Positions 24,801 to 33,437 of a DNA stretch of 64,000 nucleotides are shown piece after piece (positions within the stretch are counted from its first letter, which is position 1; every line of letters starts with the position of its first letter). The DNA lies in the IMG/VR virus record IMGVR_UViG_3300045988_168866; one strand, given 5' to 3'. A program made the position numbers and the translations under genes. The notes beneath the pieces were generated by a model. It was not told where the DNA came from. It ran no database searches and saw only the letters and a program-made list of their open reading frames with translations. The stretch comes from a virus.

Positions 24801-25348
24801 AATATTATTGTTATAAATTTTAAAGTAAATGGTTCTTTCATTGATTTTCCATATTTGTCAATGTATAATAAATGACTGTATTTATTATTGGTTATTATTA
24901 ATACATATCCCTTAGTATCTTTATATTCTACCTCTTCTATATTTCTTATAATGTATAACTCATCATTATATAGAACCAGGGTATTTAAATATATACTTAA
25001 ATCAACTGATCCATATAATGGCAAAGTTTCCATATAGTGTATTCTACTATTGACTAAACTTTCTGTATCTATATTAATCTTTATTTCATCTTCTTCATCT
25101 CTAAATAATAAATGAAATCTATCATTTATATCTTTTACATATATTCTCCTATATGATTCTCGTAAGTCATAATAGATTTTGCCCTTTATTATTATCCAAT
25201 AACCAGATGGTCTATTGTCATTTCTGAATCTACCTACTGGTTTTTCTTTTTTTACCTGGATAATTTCATTTAGGTCTGAATTGTAGAGTTTTACACCTAA
25301 TTGTAATAATCTACTTAAATTGTTACTTATTTCTTCTAATGTCATCAT
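24797..25348 (-). CDS. hypothetical protein
   Basis: 183-aa ORF, 4-nt overlaps on both sides. Confidence 0.5.
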   Translation of the reverse strand: MMTLEEISNNLSRLLQLGVKLYNSDLNEIIQVKKEKPVGRFRNDNRPSGYWIIIKGKIYYDLRESYRRIYVKDINDRFHLLFRDEEDEIKINIDTESLVNSRIHYMETLPLYGSVDLSIYLNTLVLYNDELYIIRNIEEVEYKDTKGYVLIITNNKYSHLLYIDKYGKSMKEPFTLKFITIIL

Positions 25349-25773
25349 ATTGAATATAATACTTCAAAACTTAATAAATTTCTTTGTTTTAACTTTTTAA
25401 AACCAATTATTTCTATAACTCCATCACCATCAGTGAAATTATTAACGAATTCCATAAGATTTTTCATAATTGTAATTATTACCAAATCCCTATTTACTAG
25501 ACCCTGTTTACTATGAAAAATTATATTTAATAAACATTGGTCTTTTCCACTATCATGAAAGATATATTTCATCCCTATATCTCTGGGATCTATACCCTCT
25601 TTCTTTAAATAATCTAAAGTTAAAGTTAAATCTTCCTCTAACTTTTCATTAAAGTTATCGATGAATTCCTTATCTTTCACTGTCAAATCATTTTTTCTCT
25701 TTAACCATAGGTGATCAAAAAGTGATCGAGATACTTGGTTAATTGCTTTTTGTACGATTTCTTTTGTTTCCAT
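25345..25773 (-). CDS. hypothetical protein
   Basis: 142-aa ORF preceded by the second copy of the 58-bp promoter/leader cassette. Confidence 0.5.
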   Translation of the reverse strand: METKEIVQKAINQVSRSLFDHLWLKRKNDLTVKDKEFIDNFNEKLEEDLTLTLDYLKKEGIDPRDIGMKYIFHDSGKDQCLLNIIFHSKQGLVNRDLVIITIMKNLMEFVNNFTDGDGVIEIIGFKKLKQRNLLSFEVLYSI

Positions 25774-25819
25774 ATATTTTTATTTTTAATATTATATACA
25801 AATATAATATTTTTATTTT
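25762..25819 (-). repeat. 58-bp promoter/leader/start-codon cassette, copy 2
   Basis: Identical to 23366-23423; TATATTTG at 25799-25806 (minus strand). Confidence 0.8.
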
Positions 25820-25850
25820 TAAATATATTATCCATTTATAAAAAAATCAA

Positions 25851-25886
25851 TGGCCAGATTCACTGTTTGGTTTATGAATCTGGCCA
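25851..25886 (-). terminator. intrinsic terminator
   Basis: 12-bp stem 'tggccagattca'/'tgaatctggcca'; T-run on the minus strand after the stem. Confidence 0.7.
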
Positions 25887-25958
25887 CGTTATTTGAATCA
25901 AAACATTGATTAGATTTAAGGTTGGTTATTATAACAAATTATGAAAAAAATCATTATA

Positions 25959-26807
25959 TTATAGTGGATATAGAATTTCTAATTCTGGATCTTCTGAATC
26001 CTTATCTATTTGTAATTCTATTTCTCTTCTCATTTCATGATGTTCTTTATCAAACATGTTAGTAGTTTCTTTATAATTATCAACAATAGAATTCAATTCT
26101 GTTCTGTTTAATGATAAACCTTCTTTAGATGTATCTATATTGCTTTGTTTAGTAGCAATTACTTCTGGTAATTGTTCTATTGGGTAACTTTCTTCTATAT
26201 ATTTTACTTCTTTCTTTTGCTCTAGAACTTTTCTATTTTCATCTTGAACTATGTCTAATGCCTCCTGTAATGTTATGCCTACTGGTTCATTATTATTTTG
26301 CTGATTAAATTGATTGAATATATTTATTGAGCCACCACCATTTAAGCTTTTGATTACAGATTGTAATGTTTGAGAAGTATTTAATTTTAACCCTATAACT
26401 TTGCTTACTTCTGAACTAATAAATGGTTTATAAGTACCATTTTGTGATTTCTTTAGTAATTTTAGTTGTCCTTCTACTTCCATTCTATCTTCTAGTATCC
26501 AAGATAATTGTTGACCCATTATCGATTCAAGCATTTCAGATTGTTGTTCTCTATCCCATAACTTAGTACTAAGCATTTGTTCTTTCATATGTAATCTAAT
26601 TCTATCTGGATTACATTTAAGAAAATTACTTAATTCCATTATATCATAATCTATACCACAAATTGAGCCACTAGATATTATCCATTGTTGAATAATAAAT
26701 GATTGTATTTTGTCTAATAGAGAATTATCATGAGTATTATGATATTCTGACATTAATTGTGTTATTCCCAAGGGTCTTGGAATTCTTATTTTTAAATCTT
26801 TTTCCAT
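25959..26807 (-). CDS. hypothetical protein
   Basis: 282-aa ORF bracketed by terminator hairpins. Confidence 0.5.
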   Translation of the reverse strand: MEKDLKIRIPRPLGITQLMSEYHNTHDNSLLDKIQSFIIQQWIISSGSICGIDYDIMELSNFLKCNPDRIRLHMKEQMLSTKLWDREQQSEMLESIMGQQLSWILEDRMEVEGQLKLLKKSQNGTYKPFISSEVSKVIGLKLNTSQTLQSVIKSLNGGGSINIFNQFNQQNNNEPVGITLQEALDIVQDENRKVLEQKKEVKYIEESYPIEQLPEVIATKQSNIDTSKEGLSLNRTELNSIVDNYKETTNMFDKEHHEMRREIELQIDKDSEDPELEILYPL

Positions 26808-26863
26808 ATCAAAATAACTTTGGTTTAAATCTTAATAGCCCAATAGCTTTTTAACTACAAAAA

Positions 26864-26893
26864 ATAGGGCCAAAAACTGGAAAATGGCCCTAT
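26864..26893 (-). terminator. intrinsic terminator
   Basis: Stem 'atagggcc'/'ggccctat'; the minus strand continues TTTTTTG. Confidence 0.6.
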
Positions 26894-26909
26894 AATAATT
26901 ATATATTTA

Positions 26910-27137
26910 CTAACAAAGGTTAACTAAGATAATATTCTCTATTTCTTTAAAGGAGATTTTAAAATCTGAACCCAGAGATATTATATTATCCCTAAATGAT
27001 GCTAAATCTGGTGGGTCATCTAGGTTATATTTTAACTTTATATCCATCCTGTTCTTAGAAAAATCTAAACTTATATTTACTTCCTTATTATAATTATCTA
27101 TCAGGAAGTTACCTAAAAAAATTAATATCTTTTTCAT
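26910..27137 (-). CDS. hypothetical protein
   Basis: 75-aa ORF. Confidence 0.4.
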   Translation of the reverse strand: MKKILIFLGNFLIDNYNKEVNISLDFSKNRMDIKLKYNLDDPPDLASFRDNIISLGSDFKISFKEIENIILVNLC

Positions 27138-27219
27138 GTTTTCTATTTTTGGTGTAACATTAAAAGAGTCTTGCTATAAATAGAAAATACTACTTTACGG
27201 TAAAAACTGTTTTACTTAA

Positions 27220-27600
27220 TTACTTTTTCTGTAATCTTTTTTTAATCCTTAATTCTTCAATAATTGCTGCCTTTTTTTGTAACAATTTTTCATGTTCTTC
27301 AGGAAAATATTTTTGTCGATATTTAAGAATTACTTTAGTATAAAATTCACTGTACAATTTTCCATTAAAACTAACCCCTACCTTTTTATTTGAAATAGCC
27401 CAGAATTTTCTGTTCATTTCTTTTACTAAATTTTGAAATATATGGAAACTGAAAGTTAAATTATTATTTTCTCTGAAATTTTTAACTATCAGAAGTTTTT
27501 CTAGAAATTCAAAATCTAGCGCCTTTATAAATTCACCAGTGTTTAATACAATATTCTCTTTGTCTAAATTAAAAGTTTTGATATAATCTTTAGTTGTCAT
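27220..27600 (-). CDS. hypothetical protein
   Basis: 126-aa ORF. Confidence 0.45.
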   Translation of the reverse strand: MTTKDYIKTFNLDKENIVLNTGEFIKALDFEFLEKLLIVKNFRENNNLTFSFHIFQNLVKEMNRKFWAISNKKVGVSFNGKLYSEFYTKVILKYRQKYFPEEHEKLLQKKAAIIEELRIKKRLQKK

Positions 27601-27615
27601 GATAATATAAATTTA

Positions 27616-28020
27616 TTAGCTAATATCTACTACTTGATAAAAGTAACCTATTTTGGAATCTTCCCAATAACCCTGAAAAATAATTTTATTTTTTTCTGAT
27701 ATCCTGAATTTTGATAAATCACTTCCTTTTGGGATTCCTGTTATTAAAAACATTTCACTTCCTTTTATCCCTTTTCTATTAGGATAAAAAACCAGTTCCT
27801 GAAATTTATTAATACTTTTAAATATACCAGTAATACCAAAATCAGGTGCATTAAAACTGAAAGTTAAATTACTATAATTTACCATGATATCCTCTATTAG
27901 AGTACCTTCATGATAATTATCTAAATACTCAGTTTTAAAAGTAATATTGATTTTATCTAAAGTTAATCTACCTACAAGTTCAGTGTACATATTTTTTATT
28001 TTTGGGTTCATAACTAACAT
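27616..28020 (-). CDS. hypothetical protein
   Basis: 134-aa ORF. Confidence 0.45.
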   Translation of the reverse strand: MLVMNPKIKNMYTELVGRLTLDKINITFKTEYLDNYHEGTLIEDIMVNYSNLTFSFNAPDFGITGIFKSINKFQELVFYPNRKGIKGSEMFLITGIPKGSDLSKFRISEKNKIIFQGYWEDSKIGYFYQVVDIS

Positions 28021-28261
28021 AATCTTCTATGTATTTTAATTTATCTGTTATCATAGCATAAACAAATAACTTAATTGGTCTATAAAAATACCTTCTTATG
28101 TTAGTTTCTGAGATATATGAGTCATATATTATGAAAAACTTTTTTCTCTTTTTGATTTTTAGGGACTTTTGAATTAAGTAATTGGTTATTACTCTTTTGT
28201 GAAGTTCCAATAATTCCTTATTAGTTTTGAGCAACTCTTTTTCGGGCAATCCATATATCAT
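27980..28261 (-). CDS. hypothetical protein
   Basis: 93-aa ORF. Confidence 0.4.
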   Translation of the reverse strand: MIYGLPEKELLKTNKELLELHKRVITNYLIQKSLKIKKRKKFFIIYDSYISETNIRRYFYRPIKLFVYAMITDKLKYIEDYVSYEPKNKKYVH

Positions 28262-28293
28262 AATAATTCATATTAAATAAGGTTAATTTTAAT

Positions 28294-28324
28294 ATACCTG
28301 AGAACATTTTCTATTCTCAGGTAT
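28294..28324 (-). terminator. hairpin, possible terminator
   Basis: 11-bp stem 'atacctgagaa'/'ttctcaggtat'; weak U-tract. Confidence 0.4.
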
Positions 28325-28341
28325 TATATTGTATTTTCCAT

Positions 28342-28719
28342 TTATGCTATTGCCCCTTCCTTTACATTCTTTTTTCTAAATGATAGATATTCTTTTTCTT
28401 TTTTCTTAAATTCAGTAGATTGTTTATCCTGTATCCTATACATTTGAAGTTCTAATTGGTGTAATTTATTTCTTACCTGTTGTCTAAATTTCTTTCTTGA
28501 AAGAACATCTTTACAATCTTCAGGATAAATATATTTTACTTCCTTTCTAGAAATTACTTCTTCTACCAAATTTACTTCTGCCTGTTTTTTGATTTTCTTT
28601 ACTACCTTTTCTTTTTTATTGGCTTCAGTTTTCTTTGGTTCTAAAGCCTTTTTGGTTTCTTTTTTAACCGGTACTTGATTTTGATTAGTGCTTTGGTTAG
28701 TGATTTCTTCTGTTTTCAT
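28342..28719 (-). CDS. lysine-rich basic protein
   Basis: 125 aa, very high Lys content (KKETKKALEPKKTEANKKEKVVKKIKK..). Confidence 0.45.
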   Translation of the reverse strand: MKTEEITNQSTNQNQVPVKKETKKALEPKKTEANKKEKVVKKIKKQAEVNLVEEVISRKEVKYIYPEDCKDVLSRKKFRQQVRNKLHQLELQMYRIQDKQSTEFKKKEKEYLSFRKKNVKEGAIA

Positions 28720-28832
28720 TTTTTTAATGTTTGTGGGTTAATACTAATTATTAATTATCTCTTTTTATTTATTACAAAAATAATATAGTTTTTCAATTAA
28801 TCAAAATATTTTTAATAAAAAATTCTTGGCAA

Positions 28833-29003
28833 CTAGAATAGCCAATATATAAGGTATTTTCCACCTCTTACTCCTTCATGTATATGCTCTAATCTATTTT
28901 TGCTTCTATTCCAATATAATTCACCCTGAATATAATAAGTCATTTTCCCAACCATATATTCAAAATAATTTCCATTTCTGTAAGTACCTTTGATTGCTTT
29001 CAT
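28833..29003 (-). CDS. small hypothetical protein (below ORF-track threshold)
   Basis: Hand translation gives 56 aa: MKAIKGTYRNGNYFEYMVGKMTYYIQGELYWNRSKNRLEHIHEGVRGGKYLIYWLF. Its ATG (29003-29001) overlaps the TGA of the upstream ORF in an ATGA coupling arrangement. Confidence 0.45.
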   Translation of the reverse strand: MKAIKGTYRNGNYFEYMVGKMTYYIQGELYWNRSKNRLEHIHEGVRGGKYLIYWLF

Positions 29004-29203
29004 AATTTTAAATTTTTAAGTTGTTTTTTAAATTCTCTTATATAATGGCATTTACCATTGCATTTTATATTTCCTGAACCACATTTGATTGGTTCTCCCA
29101 TATATAATTCTCCTTTTTCCATTTGTATGGAATAGTATGGACAACATTTTTTATGTGCTTCTAATACTTGATCTAAAGTATATACTTTATCAGTTTTTTT
29201 CAT
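29000..29203 (-). CDS. small Cys-rich (possible zinc-binding) protein
   Basis: 67 aa with CC..(25)..C..(6)..C...C pattern. Confidence 0.4.
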   Translation of the reverse strand: MKKTDKVYTLDQVLEAHKKCCPYYSIQMEKGELYMGEPIKCGSGNIKCNGKCHYIREFKKQLKNLKL

Positions 29204-29622
29204 CTTAATTCATCTCCCAAATAATCTCTAACATCATGATAATCTAAATCTAATTGTTCTAATATTTCTTCATTAGATAAACCAGTATTTATAGATACAT
29301 TTCCTGATTTTATAGTTACTCCAGTTGAAGTGGGAGTTTTATATTTATTATTTTCAGGTTTATATTTTCCTGGTTCTCTATAAGTTACTGTCATATTTTC
29401 ATAATCATATGAAATTACATCTCCAGGAGATCTATTTGGATCTATGTTTTTCCAATGACATTTGTTTGGGTTTTCTACTACCTCCTTTTTAGTACATTTA
29501 GATATTATAAAACATGAAAACCAAAATATTACAATCCCAAATAAAACTTTGTATAAAATTTCAAATAAATAATCTAAACCTTCTTCTTTCATATTAACTA
29601 AGTTTTTTATACCTATAACCAC
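29200..29622 (-). CDS. membrane-anchored protein
   Basis: 140 aa with one N-proximal hydrophobic helix (VLFGIVIFWFSCFIISKC). Confidence 0.45.
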   Translation of the reverse strand: MVIGIKNLVNMKEEGLDYLFEILYKVLFGIVIFWFSCFIISKCTKKEVVENPNKCHWKNIDPNRSPGDVISYDYENMTVTYREPGKYKPENNKYKTPTSTGVTIKSGNVSINTGLSNEEILEQLDLDYHDVRDYLGDELR

Positions 29623-29842
29623 CTTTTTCTACCAATTCATTAAATAATGAACCTACTGATTTATTCTTAGTTTTTGAAGCTACCTTTAAAGTATTATATA
29701 TATCCTCTGGTACATCATAATATTCATAAGTTGAGTGTTTCTTTACAAATATTACTTTCATGGTTCCCAAATTATTATTACCATTTTCAAAAGTAATAAC
29801 CTTAATTCTGCTTGAATTTTCAATTTCTATCCTTTTTGTCAT
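29594..29842 (-). CDS. KTSC-domain protein
   Basis: From the internal ATG at 29842: 'MTKRIEIENSSRIKVITFENG..GTMKVIFVKKHSTYEYYDVPEDIYNTLKVASKTKNKSVGSLFNELV..GGYRYKK' fits the KTSC pattern (..V.F..G..Y.Y..VP...Y..L..A.S.G..FN..I...Y.Y). The ORF track starts at 29929. Confidence 0.5.
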   Translation of the reverse strand: MTKRIEIENSSRIKVITFENGNNNLGTMKVIFVKKHSTYEYYDVPEDIYNTLKVASKTKNKSVGSLFNELVEKGGYRYKKLS

Positions 29843-30269
29843 ATGAGTATAATTTAAGGGGTTTAAACAAATTATCATTTCTTTGTATATCAACATTGAA
29901 GAAGAAATTCCATAAATCATATACTCCATAGGAATCTTTATTTATCAAATCTTCTTCCATATAATATAATGTGCTTTTTAAAGTATTATACCACATAGAT
30001 GGTATATTTATAAAAACCTTATCTATCTTTTCAAATTTCTTATTCAAGAGTAAATCTTTTGTTTTATCATATCTATCAATTATATCATTTGCTAATTCTC
30101 TTATATATTTTTCTGATACTCCATAATGTAACATTATATCTCCCCAATTTTTATTAATATTACCTTCTTTTAGAGTTTTATTAATAGCTTGTATATTAAT
30201 ATCAAGTATTTGGATTAATATACTGCTCCATGAAATATTTTTGGGTTTAAACTGTATTATCTTTTTCAT
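29820..30269 (-). CDS. hypothetical protein
   Basis: 149-aa ORF with a TAnnTTTG box 19 nt upstream. Confidence 0.5.
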   Translation of the reverse strand: MKKIIQFKPKNISWSSILIQILDINIQAINKTLKEGNINKNWGDIMLHYGVSEKYIRELANDIIDRYDKTKDLLLNKKFEKIDKVFINIPSMWYNTLKSTLYYMEEDLINKDSYGVYDLWNFFFNVDIQRNDNLFKPLKLYSYDKKDRN

Positions 30270-30288
30270 ATTATTTTTTTATTTGATA

Positions 30289-30296
30289 CAAATATA
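30289..30296 (-). promoter_or_regulatory. TAnnTTTG (-7 type) box
   Basis: The minus strand reads TATATTTG, 19 nt upstream of the ATG at 30269. Confidence 0.5.
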
Positions 30297-30361
30297 ATAA
30301 TTATTTATTAATTGTTTTCAATGGTTATTTAAAAAGTTCACCTAGTTGGTTCAAATGAAAA

Positions 30362-30399
30362 AACCCAGGTAAGCATTTGTATAAATTTTTACCTGGGTT
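30362..30399 (-). terminator. intrinsic terminator
   Basis: Stem 'aacccaggtaa'/'ttacctgggtt', followed on the minus strand by T7. Confidence 0.7.
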
Positions 30400-30439
30400 A
30401 CTGAAAAAATATTAACCTATATGACTATATGATTAGAGA

Positions 30440-30985
30440 TTAATCTTCTTTAGAAGTTTTCTTAACTTTTTTAACCTTTTTCTTTTCTACTGATTTTTCT
30501 TCACTTTTTTTGCTTTCTGCCTTTTTTGCTTTGGGCTCTGATTTAACTTTGTCTTTGTTGCTGAAAAAATCTAATACAAAATTAAGTGATTGTTTTTCTG
30601 CTTTATTTTTATCCATGTTTGATTTTAGTAAACTTCTCATTTTTTGCCTAAATTTCTTTTTCATATCAGTAGGCATTGGTTTACCATCTATATCTGGATA
30701 ATTATAAACGTTAGCATTTTTTACTGTTTTTACTTTTTTAAGAGTATTTGGTTTTTTCAGTTTATGAGGTTTATTTGGAACCTCTTCTGCTTTTTCCTGA
30801 CCTATTCTTATTATTTTAATCCAATTAGATATTTTTTTACCATGAACTGGGTCTTTAGACCAATCCTTTTTTGGATCAAGCTTATTCTTTTTAAGGTATT
30901 CAGCCATTTCATCTGAAGCCTTTAGACTCTTTTTAGAAGCTTCTTTATTTGAAGCATAAATGTCTTCTGATTTTTTCTTTGCCAT
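30440..30985 (-). CDS. lysine-rich basic protein
   Basis: 181 aa; Lys-rich throughout with a KK(V/E)KK C-terminus; terminator downstream. Confidence 0.5.
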   Translation of the reverse strand: MAKKKSEDIYASNKEASKKSLKASDEMAEYLKKNKLDPKKDWSKDPVHGKKISNWIKIIRIGQEKAEEVPNKPHKLKKPNTLKKVKTVKNANVYNYPDIDGKPMPTDMKKKFRQKMRSLLKSNMDKNKAEKQSLNFVLDFFSNKDKVKSEPKAKKAESKKSEEKSVEKKKVKKVKKTSKED

Positions 30986-31024
30986 AGTTGAATTTTTAAC
31001 TTATTAATTTAATATTTTAAAGGA

Positions 31025-31393
31025 TTATAGTTTTGTAAGACTATCTTTTGCGTTTATAATTTTAATTTCTAGGATTTCATATTTAATACCTTTCATGTTT
31101 AGATAATAATCTAAATGAAACTTAGCATCATCTTCAGATATACCACAATATAGTCTTCTCCAAGTTTCTAGAGTATCTAAATATCTGAAAGTAATAATTA
31201 TTATATCGGGATTAACTTTCTTATCTAGATTATTTATTAATTGGTTTAAATTGCTTTTTAATAATGGTAATCTTCTTAATAGAGAATCTCTTACACCATG
31301 AGCAATAACAGTTGTTAATTTATATTCAATATCATTGATAGTATTGAATATATCATTTATCCTGTATATAATAGATTTTATTTTTGATTCCAT
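31025..31393 (-). CDS. hypothetical protein
   Basis: 122-aa ORF. Confidence 0.45.
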   Translation of the reverse strand: MESKIKSIIYRINDIFNTINDIEYKLTTVIAHGVRDSLLRRLPLLKSNLNQLINNLDKKVNPDIIIITFRYLDTLETWRRLYCGISEDDAKFHLDYYLNMKGIKYEILEIKIINAKDSLTKL

Positions 31394-31593
31394 TTTGGCC
31401 TTTGAATTGGTATATCTTCAAATTTATCTCTTAATTCTTTTTCTAGTTTCTCAGATTCATTTAATATATATAAAGTCATCTGTAAATCTTCTTCTGATAA
31501 AGTATCTTTCTTATTTTCTAAAAATACTGAATACACGTTTATCTGATTGCATATTGCAAGATATATTATGGCTTCTTTATCTACTATATTCAT
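31378..31593 (-). CDS. hypothetical protein
   Basis: 71-aa ORF overlapping the next by 16 nt. Confidence 0.4.
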   Translation of the reverse strand: MNIVDKEAIIYLAICNQINVYSVFLENKKDTLSEEDLQMTLYILNESEKLEKELRDKFEDIPIQRPKWNQK

Positions 31594-31624
31594 GGTTTTT
31601 ATAATTAAGTTTTTATAATTAAAA

Positions 31625-31654
31625 AAACCTTATTATTTCACAATAATAAGGTTT
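31625..31654 (-). terminator. intrinsic terminator
   Basis: 13-bp stem 'aaaccttattatt'/'aataataaggttt', T-run on the minus strand. Confidence 0.75.
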
Positions 31655-31726
31655 CAAAATCTATTCTTCTTAAGTTAAGAACACAAAGAATAAAAGGAAA
31701 ATTAATATGAAGAACATATAATTAGA

Positions 31727-32110
31727 TTAATCTTCTGACTCTTCAGAAAGATCTTCTTCATCTAATTCTTTATCTTTTTTGGATTTTGGTGAAGAAATAA
31801 TACCATGTCCTTTTTTGGATTTTACAGTTAAATTCCCTTCAGCAAAAGAAGTTGAATTTGATACTACCTTGTCACCATTAAATAAAACTGAAGTTATTAT
31901 GATACCTACATAACCAGTTTTATTTTTTACTGCATAACCATAATTTTTAATTACTTGACCATTTCCCAAATCTATAACATCAATTTGTTTTGAATTAGGT
32001 CTTTGTCCAGCTGGACGATTTTTTAAAGCTTCCATTCTAGCTTTCTTTTTAGCTGCTTTATCAGCATCTACTTCTTTAGCTTTATTAGCTGCTGGTTTTT
32101 TAGTTGCCAT
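31727..32110 (-). CDS. hypothetical protein with basic N-terminus and acidic C-tail
   Basis: 127 aa; 'MATKKPAANKAKEVDADKAAKKKARMEALKNRPAGQRP' at the N-terminus and '..DKELDEEDLSEESED' at the C-terminus; terminator downstream. Confidence 0.5.
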   Translation of the reverse strand: MATKKPAANKAKEVDADKAAKKKARMEALKNRPAGQRPNSKQIDVIDLGNGQVIKNYGYAVKNKTGYVGIIITSVLFNGDKVVSNSTSFAEGNLTVKSKKGHGIISSPKSKKDKELDEEDLSEESED

Positions 32111-32188
32111 AACTTGTAAAATTTTAAATTGTTTGATTCTTGAATTGAATTATAATTATTCTGCTTAATTTAATAGTTGAGTACTTAA

Positions 32189-32214
32189 ATTAAGGGAGAA
32201 TTTTCTCCCTTAAT
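32189..32214 (-). terminator. hairpin, possible terminator
   Basis: 11-bp stem 'attaagggaga'/'tctcccttaat'; weak U-tract. Confidence 0.4.
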
Positions 32215-32231
32215 ATCTTTAATTTCTAGGA

Positions 32232-32642
32232 TTATTTTTTACCCTTTTTACCTTTTGCTTTTTCTTTTTTAGGAAGAGTTATACCCAATTCCTTAGCTAT
32301 TGCTTTACGTAATTTTTCAATATCTTCTTCTTCATAATCATCTGGATCAACTTCTAAATCCTTATCATCCACAATATCCTCAAGTTCCTCAAAATCCATT
32401 TCATTTAGTTGTTCACCAGTCAGTTCATCTTCTTCCTCTTCTTCTTCCTCTTCTTCCTCTTCTTCCTCTTCTTCTTCCTCTTCTTCCTCTTCTTCCGAAG
32501 AACCAAAAATAGAAGAAGCTTCTTCTGAAGATAATTCAATAGGAGCAGGAATTATCTGAATAGAACCATCATCAAAAGTAATAATAATGTTACCATTAAT
32601 TTCTTTACGGGAAACTTCTTTTTTAGCTTTTTTTCTTGCCAT
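32232..32642 (-). CDS. highly acidic protein with a 22-residue poly-Glu tract
   Basis: 136 aa; 22 consecutive Glu codons (GAA/GAG) at 32430-32495, further Asp/Glu-rich segment, short Lys-rich termini. Confidence 0.55.
   Translation of the reverse strand: MARKKAKKEVSRKEINGNIIITFDDGSIQIIPAPIELSSEEASSIFGSSEEEEEEEEEEEEEEEEEEEEEEDELTGEQLNEMDFEELEDIVDDKDLEVDPDDYEEEDIEKLRKAIAKELGITLPKKEKAKGKKGKK
32430..32495 (-). repeat. (GAA/GAG)22 trinucleotide tract encoding poly-Glu
   Basis: 66 nt of ttc/ctc triplets on the + strand, in frame within ORF 32232-32642. Confidence 0.9.
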
Positions 32643-32679
32643 AATTGTAAAATTTAAATGTTAAACTTAATTATAATAG

Positions 32680-32937
32680 TTATAATGAAATTATATTCTT
32701 TATTCTATAGTGTGTATTACCAAGCATTTTACTCATTCCATAAGCAAATTTATTTTCTTGGCTTATTTTGGATGATATCCTTAGGAATTCATCCTGAGAA
32801 TTTATAGTTAGTTTATGGAAAACTGGTTCAATATCTTTTGCTTCCTCTTGTGTGGATGTAAGATAAAAAGTTTCTTTTATTGCTAAATCTTTACCCTTCC
32901 AAGGATTATATTCATTTTCTTTTTTATTTAGCTCCAT
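32680..32937 (-). CDS. hypothetical protein
   Basis: 85-aa ORF. Confidence 0.4.
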   Translation of the reverse strand: MELNKKENEYNPWKGKDLAIKETFYLTSTQEEAKDIEPVFHKLTINSQDEFLRISSKISQENKFAYGMSKMLGNTHYRIKNIISL

Positions 32938-32942
32938 ATCAT

Positions 32943-33437
32943 TTATATTTTAATATCAACTTTAGTATAACCTGATAAACCAATTTTATCATTTAATGTA
33001 TATATATTTGGATAACCTTTAATAATTAAATTATGGTTTAATGCACCATGCATTGGAAATATTAATAGATTACCCATTATTTGTCTGTTTGATATAATAT
33101 AATTACATTTCCTTTTTTTCTTAAAGTCAGATTCCTTTATAAAACCTTGAAATAAAAGTTCCTTGTAAATATATTTTTCATTATATTCATAGTTTCTACA
33201 ATCATCAATTGTGTTCAAGTATTTTATAAATTTATTATATTTTCTTTTAGCCCACTTCAGAGATTGTTCAATGGTTTTACCAGAAACTTTTTTATACTTC
33301 AAAGCTAATTCTTTTTCCAAAGGATATAAATTACTCTTGGTATAAATTCTTTTTTCTTCTGGAGTTAATTTTTTGAATCTCCTGTACCCCAGATCTCTCA
33401 TTGAATTTAATATCTTGAACAAATCGTTTTCTTCCAT
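32943..33437 (-). CDS. hypothetical protein
   Basis: 164-aa ORF; its 5' end overlaps the upstream ORF by 107 nt in another frame (start uncertain). Confidence 0.4.
   Translation of the reverse strand: MEENDLFKILNSMRDLGYRRFKKLTPEEKRIYTKSNLYPLEKELALKYKKVSGKTIEQSLKWAKRKYNKFIKYLNTIDDCRNYEYNEKYIYKELLFQGFIKESDFKKKRKCNYIISNRQIMGNLLIFPMHGALNHNLIIKGYPNIYTLNDKIGLSGYTKVDIKI

Noticed and set aside
32300-32512. 70-aa + strand ORF (poly-Leu/Pro) opposite the poly-Glu gene
   Set aside because: It is a mirror artefact of the GAA/GAG repeat. The sense ORF is in the operon orientation with its own terminator.
33331-33437. Programmed frameshift joining ORFs 33331-34005 and 32943-33437 (107-nt overlap)
   Set aside because: A dnaX-like A_AAA_AAG heptamer is in frame 5 codons before the upstream stop. 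By hand translation, however, a -1 slip reads only 14 more codons to a TAG and does not enter the downstream ORF, which is in the +1 frame. I found no +1 signal, so a fusion is unsupported and the overlap probably reflects an uncertain start.
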